Positions 38,206 to 47,667 of a stretch of 64,000 nt of DNA are shown one piece after another. Below the pieces are notes generated by a model, which was not told where the DNA came from, made no database searches, and saw only the letters and a program-made list of their open reading frames with translations. Position 1 is the first letter of the stretch. Every line of letters starts with the position of its first letter. A program made the position numbers and the translations under genes. The stretch is from an uncultured Bacillales bacterium. GTDB taxonomy: Bacteria > Bacillota_I > Bacilli_A > RF39 > UBA660. The stretch covers positions 1,922 to 65,921 of the forward strand of contig CAMOQR010000002.1 of the NCBI GenBank assembly GCA_946623125.1, written 5' to 3'.

Positions 38206-40032
38206 CTACACTTTCTTATTCATTTTTTTATACTTTTCTATAACATTTTGATACAATTCTGGAAACTGTTTTGATTCTTCTTTTAACGCTTTTTCATAAA
38301 GATTTATTTCTTCTTCGTCTACTTCTTTTACTCTTTCATATATTAGAATTTGATAACTGTTATTCATATTGAATATTTTTTTTATTTGAAATTTTTCTTC
38401 TTCTATTAATTTTTCAAATACTTCTTCATATTTATATTCTATAGACATTCTTTCAAATGGAGTTGTTGTAATAATGTATTTTGAGGTGAATAGTTCTGTT
38501 GGGAAAGGATGAACTCCTATGATAGCAGATCCATATGGTAAATATTTTGAAATAGTTTTATCTGGAAGAAATATATTTCTTAATTTATCAGGATTATACT
38601 GATCTGTATGAGTAATCATATAGGCTGTGTTTTGTTCATTTAAATTGTTTTTTAACCAGGTTGCAGCCTCTTTTAATTCTTCATAATCTTCTTGATAAGG
38701 TATTTTTAGATTTACCTCTGTGAAGAATAGATTATTTTTATCCATAAATCCATTCATAAAATTAAAAATCATAATTATTATGATAAGACTTGTTAAATAC
38801 TGTTTTCTTGGAAATTCTTGACAATAATACAAGGTAATCCATGTAAAAAACGTATATGCAGTAACATTCATAAGAGAGTGATGATATCCCATGGCTTGTA
38901 TTCTATTAAATAAAATAATAATGAATAGTGTTTGAAGTATGAATAACCCTGTTTTTTCTCGGTATTCTTTTTTGAATAATCCAATTATTATTCCCATTCC
39001 AATTAGAATACACTGAGAAATTCCTAATATTTTTATTTGATGAATAATCTCATCCAATACTCCTCCATTTTTATAATAGATATAGTGTCCTTGAAAATCA
39101 CTTTCTATGATGTTTTTCATTAAAGGATGAAGAGTAATAATAAATAATATTATGCATATTCCAATATATATACTAGCATTTTTTAAGATCTTTAATAAAT
39201 CTTTTTTATTTGTTCTATTCTTATATAATACTTGTAATCCATAAATCATATAGTAAGTTAAAATCCAATAAATATACCATCTTCTACTAATAAACAAAAG
39301 ATAGGTGTTGATAAAGATTCCTAGTAATCTTCCTATTTCTATTTTTTTAAAATCATAGTGATTTGTTAGGGTTAAAATCATAAAAATAAAGAATAGTCCA
39401 AAGAAATCTGGTTGTCCATATATAGATGTTGCATGTAATAATGGTAATAAGATGAACGTCAATAAACTAAGTCCAAATAATGATTCTTTATTCTTTTGTA
39501 GTAATGTTTTTAAAAATAAAGAGATGGAAAATACAATATAAGGAATTGTTGTTAGAACATAACTTGCTATATAACTGTTTTCTGTTTTATTTGTAAATTG
39601 AAATATCACTTGAGGAATAAATGATAAAAAGTTTCCATAACTTGCAGAATATGTACTGTTTAAAAAATAATAAATGCCTGATTGCAATCCTTGTTGAAAA
39701 CGTTCCATTGTCGTTAATTGGATATTGTAGTAACAAGAGTAATCCCAATAATAGATAAACTTTCTTGTAAGGAGACTTATAAAGTAAAATAGAAAACATA
39801 ATAAAATAGATATTAAAATTGCATGTTTTTCTTTTTTGGTAAAATCTATTTTTAATATTCTTTTTGTTTCTTTTAGAATATTAATGAATAATATATTTAC
39901 CATTATACTTATAAACAGAAAAATTAGGGAATTTATATTCCCTAATGAAATGATTAATAATCCAATTGTGAATACTAATTCTATAATTAAGAATTTTTTA
40001 TTATTTTCAAAAAGATTTTTTATTTCTTTCAT
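38206..40032 (-). CDS. Large polytopic membrane protein, putative GT-C-type (YfhO/ArnT-like) extracytoplasmic glycosyltransferase
   Basis: 608 aa with ~13 TM helices and a C-terminal soluble domain. Its start overlaps the stop of the upstream CsbB/GtrB-like GT2 gene as ATGA. The functional call is by context only. Confidence 0.4.
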   Translation of the reverse strand: MKEIKNLFENNKKFLIIELVFTIGLLIISLGNINSLIFLFISIMVNILFINILKETKRILKIDFTKKEKHAILISILLCFLFYFISLLTRKFIYYWDYSCYYNIQLTTMERFQQGLQSGIYYFLNSTYSASYGNFLSFIPQVIFQFTNKTENSYIASYVLTTIPYIVFSISLFLKTLLQKNKESLFGLSLLTFILLPLLHATSIYGQPDFFGLFFIFMILTLTNHYDFKKIEIGRLLGIFINTYLLFISRRWYIYWILTYYMIYGLQVLYKNRTNKKDLLKILKNASIYIGICIILFIITLHPLMKNIIESDFQGHYIYYKNGGVLDEIIHQIKILGISQCILIGMGIIIGLFKKEYREKTGLFILQTLFIIILFNRIQAMGYHHSLMNVTAYTFFTWITLYYCQEFPRKQYLTSLIIIIMIFNFMNGFMDKNNLFFTEVNLKIPYQEDYEELKEAATWLKNNLNEQNTAYMITHTDQYNPDKLRNIFLPDKTISKYLPYGSAIIGVHPFPTELFTSKYIITTTPFERMSIEYKYEEVFEKLIEEEKFQIKKIFNMNNSYQILIYERVKEVDEEEINLYEKALKEESKQFPELYQNVIEKYKKMNKKV

Positions 40033-40988
40033 TCTTTTTCCTCTAAATTCTCGGCAATAATAAATCTTGGCCTTTGTTTTGTTTCACTATACATTTTTCC
40101 AACATATTCTCCTATGATTCCTATTGATATCATTTGTAATCCTCCAATAAACCAAATAGAAATTGATAAGAATGTCCATCCACTTACAGTGTTTCCTGTT
40201 AAGAAACGGATAAGAGAATAAATCATGATTGCAATACTTACAAATAAAATTACAAATCCTAATGTACAGATTAATCTTAATGGTTTTACACTAAATGAAG
40301 TAATTCCATCCCAAGCAAAATTTAACATCTTTTTTAATGGGTATTTTGATTCTCCCGCAAATCTTTCATTTCTTTCATAATAAACAATATCTGATTTAAA
40401 TCCTACTAATGGGAACATTCCTCTTAAAAATAGATTTACTTCTTTAAAGTTTTCAAATTCATCTAATACTCTTTTTGATGTTAATCGATAATCTGCATGA
40501 TTATATACACAGTCTACTCCTAAAACTTTCATAAATTTATAGAAGCCTTCTGCCGTTACTCTTTTAAAGAAAGTATCTTTTTTTCTTGCACTTCTTACTC
40601 CGTATACAATATCCTTACCCTCTTTATATTTTTCAATCATTTCATCCATAGCATTGATATCATCCTGTAAGTCTGCATCCATTGATATTACAATATCTGC
40701 ATATTTTTTAGCAGTCATTAAACCACCAAGTAATGCATTTTGATGTCCTCTATTTCTTGATAAAGTAATTCCTGTAAATAATTTTTCTTTTTGATGAATT
40801 TCTTGGATAATATCCCAAGTTTTATCTTTTGATCCATCATTTACATACATTACTTTACTTTTTGGAGAAATCTTTTTTGTCTTTATTAGTTTCTCCATCT
40901 TTGCTTTTAATTGTCTTGTTGTTTCTTCTAATACTTCTTCTTCATTGTAGCATGGAACTACTACGTATAATATTGGTTCTTTTTTCAT
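40029..40988 (-). CDS. Polyprenyl-phosphate glycosyltransferase (GT2, CsbB/GtrB-like, two C-terminal TM helices)
   Basis: ATG at 40988 with an AGGAG RBS. Motifs: LYVVVPCYNEEEV, VNDGSKD, DADLQD. Two C-terminal TM helices end in GEYVGKMY. Confidence 0.8.
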   Translation of the reverse strand: MKKEPILYVVVPCYNEEEVLEETTRQLKAKMEKLIKTKKISPKSKVMYVNDGSKDKTWDIIQEIHQKEKLFTGITLSRNRGHQNALLGGLMTAKKYADIVISMDADLQDDINAMDEMIEKYKEGKDIVYGVRSARKKDTFFKRVTAEGFYKFMKVLGVDCVYNHADYRLTSKRVLDEFENFKEVNLFLRGMFPLVGFKSDIVYYERNERFAGESKYPLKKMLNFAWDGITSFSVKPLRLICTLGFVILFVSIAIMIYSLIRFLTGNTVSGWTFLSISIWFIGGLQMISIGIIGEYVGKMYSETKQRPRFIIAENLEEKE

Positions 40989-41046
40989 ATTATTCACTCC
41001 TAAAGTCATTATATCAAACTTTTCTTTTATTTGACAAATTTCCCCT

Positions 41047-43737
41047 TTATTCTTCCGTTTCTTCTAGTATCCAAAGTAATAATTCAGATGCTGACCAGGT
41101 ATGAAGTGGTGATATTTTTCCAATTTGCATTTCTGTATCTAATCCTTCATAGTTATCATATTTTGCTTGTGAGGCATTAATCTCCCATGATAATGGATAA
41201 AGTGATTGATTCATTGTAATCTTACCAAATCCTAGTTTATGTCTTGTGGCATAAGATAAGTAAGGATACTCAAGAGATTCTATTGCATCTTTATCTTTTA
41301 CTTCGTAATCACTCCACCATGCCATATTGGTATATCCATCTTCTGCTACCGAATCAATATCAAAGTGAAAGTCTTTTCCTACTGATTCAATTCCTAATTT
41401 GTACCATAGATTTTGATATAAGTACATATCGCCAAAATCAGTTTTTCCTTTTATATAATATCCATCTTCATTTTCATTTGCTATTCTTTCAGCTTCGTCT
41501 TCTATTTTTTGAATCAATTCTTTATTCTTCTCATCTTGTGTTGATAGGATATATAATAACTCTCCAAGATTATCGGCTTCTTCCACTCCATCATTTTGTT
41601 TGTCATATATTTCTGTTATATTTTTAACCCAATCTTTTATTAAATCTAAGTTATTGGTCTTTTTTAGTACCATACACGCAAGTGCCGCATCTCGATACCA
41701 TGGTTTATCATATACAATAATATTAGGATAAATTACACTGTCTTTTATGTTGAATAAGATTTCTCCATATAATACTTTCTTTATATTTGAATATTTTTGA
41801 TTTGAGAAATCATATAATTCTATTTTTTTATTTGTTCCATCTAAAATCTTATCTTTTCCATTTACGATATAGTGAACTCCTTCTTCATCTTCTTTTATTT
41901 TGATTTTATCTCCTGATTTTGTTTCTATTACTACTGTATATAAGTTTGGAATAATCATATGTTCTTTTTCTTGAAAATGAATAATTTCTTTTTTTGTTTC
42001 TATATCAATGATTCTATTGTTTCTATATAAATATTTTTTTCTGTTTCCTAGTCCTAAATAATAGTAATCTGACCAGTTCGTTCTATTTGATAATTCTGGT
42101 TTATATTCTTCTATAAACTCTTTATATTCTTTTTTATAATGATCTAATTCTTTTAGTTCTTCTTTAAACGCTTTTTTGAAACTTTCATCTAAGTATTCAC
42201 TTTTTGATTTAGCGGCTACTTCCCCGCTTAGTCCTTGTGTGTGGAATAGTAACCATTTATGATTAAATGGTGCTGATTCTAGAGAAATAAAAATAGATTC
42301 TATTCCTATTACTAGGACAAATAGTAGAACTGAATATACTATTTTCTTTTCTTTTTTCTTTTCTTTTTTAATTTGTTGATATATTTCTCTTATTCCAAAT
42401 ACTATGATTGTAACGAGTATGATTAATAAAGCCTCAATAATTGTTGTTTTCACAAACCCAAAGTTTGCTATTAAATAGGTATTATTTAATGTTTCTTTTA
42501 CTAGTTTTAAACATTTCACAAAAATAATATTATTATTGATAAATTCATATACTAGGAATAATCCTAAAAAGTATGTAATATATTTTTTGTATTTTTTATT
42601 ATTTTCTGTTGTAAGATTTACTCCTAATAATAACATAATAATATAGATAAAATGTAGAGAATATAGGAATGCTCCATTATTTCCATAAAATAAATGTAGT
42701 GCTGTATTAAAGCCAAGTGATAGTAATAATCCTATATTTAGATATTTTTGTTTTTGAAAGTTTCTAATAATCATTCCTAATGTAATGATATAGAAAATAG
42801 TTAGTATGATGATGTTTATTAGATTTTGATTTTGAAAATTAATAATATAATTTTGTCCATTATAATCTGTTCCATAGATAATTCCCATTCTGATATTGCT
42901 TCCAATCATAGAATTGAAATAATCATCTGTTACTACATTTTTAATGTTACGGATTGATAATTGTTTTTCTGAAAAGCTTTTTTGCTCCCCTGCTACATTT
43001 GTTTTCCATATTAGTGGAGTATTATTCCAGATTACTTTTTGAGTTACATTTAAGAATACTACTCCCATTAGTGTTGCAATTCCAATTATGATAATATTTT
43101 TTGTATTTATTTTTTTTGTTATCCATAATAAGAATAATAGTATTAAAAAGATAATACAATTTGTTAGAGTAAATGCAAATGATAATATTCCTAATATTAT
43201 TAAAATAATATAGGAAAAAATATCATATTTATCTTGTTTTTGTACATAGTAATACCACATCATAATTAAAAATAATGCTGCAAAATTATAGGTTTCAATT
43301 CCTGATGTAAAAATGATATTGGAAAAAGAAAATAAATATAGAAGAGATATGATAATATTTTCTTTTTTTCCTTTATTGATGTGTTCTAGGATTCGATAAA
43401 GATATAATACTGATAATGCAGATACAAGGGCTGATAATATGGAAATAGCAATTGCTTTATTTAGTACAATTCCTTTTATTAAGAATACCACTGGTTGAGT
43501 CATTAATACAAATAAAGGATGAACACTTAATCGATAGTGTTCTGCACCTATTTCTGTTGCATCTCCTATTACTCTGGCTGTATCAGAATCGAATAATAAA
43601 TTATAATTGTGATCTACTTCATAATTGTATGTTAATAGGATGGTTGTGAAGACTAAAAATAAAAAGGAAAAAAGAAATAGTTTTGTCTCTTTTTTCTGTG
43701 GAAGTAGTTTAATTATTCTTCTTTTTATGTTTTCCAT
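41047..43737 (-). CDS. Polytopic membrane protein (GT-C-like) fused to a ~400-aa extracytoplasmic domain with six-hairpin-glycosidase-like motifs
   Basis: 896 aa. The N-terminal ~480 aa have ~13 TM helices. The C-terminal domain contains PWYRDAALACMVL and PLHTWSASELLLWI, reminiscent of GH15-type (alpha/alpha)6 enzymes; this is a weak call. Confidence 0.4.
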   Translation of the reverse strand: MENIKRRIIKLLPQKKETKLFLFSFLFLVFTTILLTYNYEVDHNYNLLFDSDTARVIGDATEIGAEHYRLSVHPLFVLMTQPVVFLIKGIVLNKAIAISILSALVSALSVLYLYRILEHINKGKKENIIISLLYLFSFSNIIFTSGIETYNFAALFLIMMWYYYVQKQDKYDIFSYIILIILGILSFAFTLTNCIIFLILLFLLWITKKINTKNIIIIGIATLMGVVFLNVTQKVIWNNTPLIWKTNVAGEQKSFSEKQLSIRNIKNVVTDDYFNSMIGSNIRMGIIYGTDYNGQNYIINFQNQNLINIIILTIFYIITLGMIIRNFQKQKYLNIGLLLSLGFNTALHLFYGNNGAFLYSLHFIYIIMLLLGVNLTTENNKKYKKYITYFLGLFLVYEFINNNIIFVKCLKLVKETLNNTYLIANFGFVKTTIIEALLIILVTIIVFGIREIYQQIKKEKKKEKKIVYSVLLFVLVIGIESIFISLESAPFNHKWLLFHTQGLSGEVAAKSKSEYLDESFKKAFKEELKELDHYKKEYKEFIEEYKPELSNRTNWSDYYYLGLGNRKKYLYRNNRIIDIETKKEIIHFQEKEHMIIPNLYTVVIETKSGDKIKIKEDEEGVHYIVNGKDKILDGTNKKIELYDFSNQKYSNIKKVLYGEILFNIKDSVIYPNIIVYDKPWYRDAALACMVLKKTNNLDLIKDWVKNITEIYDKQNDGVEEADNLGELLYILSTQDEKNKELIQKIEDEAERIANENEDGYYIKGKTDFGDMYLYQNLWYKLGIESVGKDFHFDIDSVAEDGYTNMAWWSDYEVKDKDAIESLEYPYLSYATRHKLGFGKITMNQSLYPLSWEINASQAKYDNYEGLDTEMQIGKISPLHTWSASELLLWILEETEE

Positions 43738-45244
43738 TTTTATCTTCCTTTCCCTCTATTTCAATATAGTTCTTATGGTAAATTATGGTTGCTGGTTCAT
43801 TTAACCAATTATCTCTATCCTCTGAAAAGTCACAATAATAGATTGGATATGGATAATATGTTAATGGTTTAAATGTTACATCTTTTATGGAATCATCTTC
43901 TAAAACCTTATATCTTTCTAACCACTCTTTTTGATAAGTTTTATGTTCATTCGTTCTAAGTAAAGCAAGTGTTTGATAAGATGTTAAATCCTCTCTTCCA
44001 TAATATAGAGCCAGTCCTAATACCATTAATACCGTTCCTAATAATAGAAAGGAATTATCTTTGATATATTTATTTCCTAATTCTGCTGCATTTTTTGTAG
44101 TAATTTTATTTGTCTTTAGAACATTTCTAAAGTATCCTACGATGTAGTATAAAGATATAACCATAAAGAATAAGTAACTAAAATATATAATATTTAGTAA
44201 TCTTCCTTCTCCTGTTGATGACATAGAATATAGTGTTGGAGTAAATTCTGCGGATAATATACAATACATAAATAAAACTACTATTAATGGATAAGAATAC
44301 TTTTTCTCTACCTTTTTATAAGTTGGATATAATAAATATCCTATTATTAATATTACAATTATATTAATTGCATTTGTCCATTCTGTCATAAATTTTAGAC
44401 AGAAATAGAATGATAAAATAATTGCTTTAACAGGATTCATTCCTGTTACATTTTTTTGTCTAAATTTATTTCCTGGTGCTGTTGCACTGATTCCTAGACC
44501 TAGAATAGAAATTGCTAGATATGGAAGTGCAGACTTATCTTTCTTTATGATTAGTAAATAGATATTTAAGAAGAATAGAATTATTACTTGTTGAAGGGCA
44601 ATAATGAAGTTTCCTCCTCCAATGATTCCTATTAATAAAAGAAGAATTATCGTATTTGTTTTTGTCTTTTCTTTTAACCAATATTGTTTTATTAATAAAG
44701 CAAATTCTAATAGTTCTAATGAGAAGAATATAATATAATAACTTGCTCCATTCCACCAATATAGACCTTGTGTTTTATCTACTAGTGTTTCCATACATAA
44801 TAAGAAAAATAATAATAATACAATCCAATAAGATTTTTTATCTAGTTTTAGTGCTTTTACTAGTAGTTGTTTTAATAAATAAGCAAGACTTAAAAAGAAG
44901 ATTCCTAATACTAAGAAAGTAGTTAAAAAGTAAGCGTTTTTCCCTAATATTCCAGGGTTTAGGCTGAATAAAATAATTGCAGAATAAGTTCCTTGCCATG
45001 TATGATAGAATTCATTTAACGTTTTGAATGATCCCGTAACTACCTTCCCTATTCCTTCTGTTTGTAAAACGTTCATGGTCTCTTTTCCATAACTAAAATC
45101 ATCTGCAGATGGAACGGTATAAAAAGATACCCATAATACAGGTACTAATAAAAGTATTGTTATTAGAATTGTAATTATTAGAACATTTTTTTTGGTTATT
45201 AGTTTGTTTAAGGCTTGATTCCATTTTTTCATTTTTTGTTGCAT
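43709..45244 (-). CDS. Polytopic membrane protein, possibly a GT-C-type glycosyltransferase
   Basis: 511 aa with ~12 TM helices and a short C-terminal soluble tail. It lies directly downstream of the UbiA/HAD pair. No motif recognised. Confidence 0.4.
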   Translation of the reverse strand: MQQKMKKWNQALNKLITKKNVLIITILITILLLVPVLWVSFYTVPSADDFSYGKETMNVLQTEGIGKVVTGSFKTLNEFYHTWQGTYSAIILFSLNPGILGKNAYFLTTFLVLGIFFLSLAYLLKQLLVKALKLDKKSYWIVLLLFFLLCMETLVDKTQGLYWWNGASYYIIFFSLELLEFALLIKQYWLKEKTKTNTIILLLLIGIIGGGNFIIALQQVIILFFLNIYLLIIKKDKSALPYLAISILGLGISATAPGNKFRQKNVTGMNPVKAIILSFYFCLKFMTEWTNAINIIVILIIGYLLYPTYKKVEKKYSYPLIVVLFMYCILSAEFTPTLYSMSSTGEGRLLNIIYFSYLFFMVISLYYIVGYFRNVLKTNKITTKNAAELGNKYIKDNSFLLLGTVLMVLGLALYYGREDLTSYQTLALLRTNEHKTYQKEWLERYKVLEDDSIKDVTFKPLTYYPYPIYYCDFSEDRDNWLNEPATIIYHKNYIEIEGKEDKNGKHKKKNN

Positions 45245-45258
45245 AATAAACCTTCTTT

Positions 45259-45837
45259 CTATTTTTTTATTTTATTCTTATCTAATTTTATAATTTCATT
45301 TTTTTTCACTAAATAAGCATTTTGTGCATAATGAAACATTGGGTAATCTGCAGAAATAGAGTCAGAATAAAAGTTTTTTATTTTTTGATTAGGATACTGT
45401 TCTTCATACCTCTTTATTTTTTCATAATCATGACAGTTTTTTGATATAAATTTTCCTGTTTTTTTGTCAACAATTGATGCAATTATTTTTACATTTAATT
45501 TTTTTTCTAATGGTTTTAATAAGAATTCTGGTGATGCAGAAATAATAACATCACTTGATTTTTGTTGCTTTTTATACCATTCTTTTATATTTATTATTTT
45601 TATATTCCAAAACTCATCAATTAAATCATCTACCGAGTTCATTCTTTTTAAAAAAGAAAAAATATGTTCTTTCATTGCTGTTTTATCAATTTTTTTTAAT
45701 TTATATAAAATAACTCCTTTTATTTGAGATGGAATATCTAATAATACTTTTTTATTTTTTTTGAGACAAAAAAAGTAAAAGTCAATGGATGAGTCTCCAT
45801 CATATATAGTCTCATCAAAGTCATAGGCATTTATCAT
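45259..45837 (-). CDS. HAD-superfamily phosphatase
   Basis: HAD motif I is present as YDFDETIYDGDS at the N-terminus. The start overlaps the UbiA-like stop as ATGA. Confidence 0.65.
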   Translation of the reverse strand: MINAYDFDETIYDGDSSIDFYFFCLKKNKKVLLDIPSQIKGVILYKLKKIDKTAMKEHIFSFLKRMNSVDDLIDEFWNIKIINIKEWYKKQQKSSDVIISASPEFLLKPLEKKLNVKIIASIVDKKTGKFISKNCHDYEKIKRYEEQYPNQKIKNFYSDSISADYPMFHYAQNAYLVKKNEIIKLDKNKIKK

Positions 45838-46703
45838 AGATAAAGAATTCCTCCCATTACAATTACATAAATAATTGCTGTTATTAATAATTTTTTATCT
45901 CCTAGTAATACTTCAATTGGATCCCCATGAGAGTTTCCTTCTATATCTAGACTATATAGTTGTAATATAATCATTAATAATGGAATTGTCCAGAATAAAT
46001 AATCATTTCCTATTCTTGATATTGTAGTTGGATCTACACACCATAATGTATAAGATACAACAGCAAGAGCAAGAGATACATACATGTTTTTATCTAGGAA
46101 ACTTTCGTTGTATCGTTCTAGTACTTTTCTGCTTTTTTCTCCATTTTTCATCATTTCATTCCGTCTTTTTCCAAATCCTAAATAGAATGATCCAAAGATA
46201 ATCATTAAGTATAAGTATTTTGATACTTCTACATTAACGATTACTCCTCCATACATTACGCGGAATACAAATCCTGATACTAATATCACTACATCAATAA
46301 TTGGTACATTTTTTAATCCATTACTATATAAAATATTTAAAAATAAATAACAGAATGGAATAATAAAAATAAAGATATTATTCTCTTTTATATATAATAG
46401 ACTCATTAGTGAAACTGCAAAAATACATAATAGACCAATTATTATTTTTGCTTCTGTTACTTTTACTTTTCCACTAGCAAGTGGTCTATTCTTTTTAATG
46501 GGATGTAGTTTATCTTTTTCAATATCTTTCATATCATTTATTACATAGACAATACTTGATATAAATGAGAATATGAAAAAACCAATGATTCCTTTTTCTA
46601 AATAAGTAGTATTTAACATATTTAGGCTAAAAAATATTGGTAAAAAAATTAATCCATTTTTTAACCAGTGTTTTGCACGTATTAGTTTTATATAATTTTT
46701 CAT
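45834..46703 (-). CDS. UbiA-family polyprenyl-phosphate phosphoribosyltransferase (decaprenyl-phosphate phosphoribosyltransferase-like)
   Basis: True start is the ATG at 46703 (MKNYIKLIRAKHWLKNGLIF). The track ORF extends to 47078 only because the frame stays open across the upstream gene. The Asp-rich motif NDMKDIEKDKLHPIKKNRPLASG matches my memory of the DPPR-synthase signature. Confidence 0.75.
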   Translation of the reverse strand: MKNYIKLIRAKHWLKNGLIFLPIFFSLNMLNTTYLEKGIIGFFIFSFISSIVYVINDMKDIEKDKLHPIKKNRPLASGKVKVTEAKIIIGLLCIFAVSLMSLLYIKENNIFIFIIPFCYLFLNILYSNGLKNVPIIDVVILVSGFVFRVMYGGVIVNVEVSKYLYLMIIFGSFYLGFGKRRNEMMKNGEKSRKVLERYNESFLDKNMYVSLALAVVSYTLWCVDPTTISRIGNDYLFWTIPLLMIILQLYSLDIEGNSHGDPIEVLLGDKKLLITAIIYVIVMGGILYL

Positions 46704-46717
46704 GTTATCCTTCTTTC

Positions 46718-47656
46718 TTATTGTTCTTTTTCTGTTTCTTTTATAATGTATACTGGGCGTTGTTTTACTTCTAAATATATTTTTGAAAGATATAATCCAA
46801 TGATTCCCAAGAAGAATAGTTGAATTCCACCGACAAAAATAATAATACATGCCATAGATGGCCATCCTGTTGCAGGATCTCCCCAAATAATTGTTTTTAA
46901 TATGATAAATATAATTGCTAGGAACGATACTAAGCAAAAGAACATTCCAACATATGCTGACATAATCAGTGGTGTTGTTGAGGATGATGCTACTCCTTCT
47001 ACTGCATATTTTATTAATTTTCTTAAATTGAATTTTGATGTTCCAGCACTTCTTTTTGGTGCTTGATAGGATATCCATTTTGTTTTAAATCCAATATAAC
47101 CATAAATACCTTTTGTATATCGATTATACTCCTTTAATGATAAAATTGCATCTACCATTTTTCTTTTCATTAATCTAAAATCTCTTGCACCTGGCATTTG
47201 CTTTGAATCAGATATTTTATCGATTAATTTATACCAAGTATTTGTTAGAGATCTTCTTATCAAATTATAATCTTTATGAGAATCGGTATATAATGCCACG
47301 CAGTCATAATCTTCTTTCTCTAAAATCTCATACATTTCGATTATTTTTTCAGGTGGATCTTGTAAGTCGACATCAAGTATTGCAGCATAATCACCCGTTA
47401 CAGCATTTAATCCTGCAAACATTCCTGCTTCTTTTCCATAATTTTTAGAAAAGGATATGTATCTTACTCTTTTATCTTCTTTAGAGTAATCTCTTATAAT
47501 TTTTAATGTATTATCTTTTGATCCATCATCTATAAAAATTAATTCAAATTCTTGATGAGGCATTTTTTCCATGACTTTTTTCATTTCTTCGTAAAAGATT
47601 GGAATGGCTTCTTCCTCATTATAGCATGGTATTATCAATGATATTTTCTTTGACAT
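46718..47656 (-). CDS. Polyprenyl-phosphate glycosyltransferase (GT2, GtrB/ArnC-like, two C-terminal TM helices)
   Basis: Motifs: ISLIIPCYNEEEAI, IDDGSKDNT, DVDLQDPP. Two C-terminal TM helices. Confidence 0.8.
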   Translation of the reverse strand: MSKKISLIIPCYNEEEAIPIFYEEMKKVMEKMPHQEFELIFIDDGSKDNTLKIIRDYSKEDKRVRYISFSKNYGKEAGMFAGLNAVTGDYAAILDVDLQDPPEKIIEMYEILEKEDYDCVALYTDSHKDYNLIRRSLTNTWYKLIDKISDSKQMPGARDFRLMKRKMVDAILSLKEYNRYTKGIYGYIGFKTKWISYQAPKRSAGTSKFNLRKLIKYAVEGVASSSTTPLIMSAYVGMFFCLVSFLAIIFIILKTIIWGDPATGWPSMACIIIFVGGIQLFFLGIIGLYLSKIYLEVKQRPVYIIKETEKEQ

Positions 47657-47667
47657 ACTGTATACTC

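Noticed and set aside
46704-47078. A 125-aa N-terminal extension of the UbiA-family ORF in the track (45834-47078).
   Set aside because: The extension overlaps the 3' end of the upstream GT2 gene in another frame and translates to basic, low-complexity sequence. A canonical family N-terminus (MKNYIKLIRAKHWLKNG) starts at the ATG at 46703, 12 nt after the GT2 stop codon (46718-46720).
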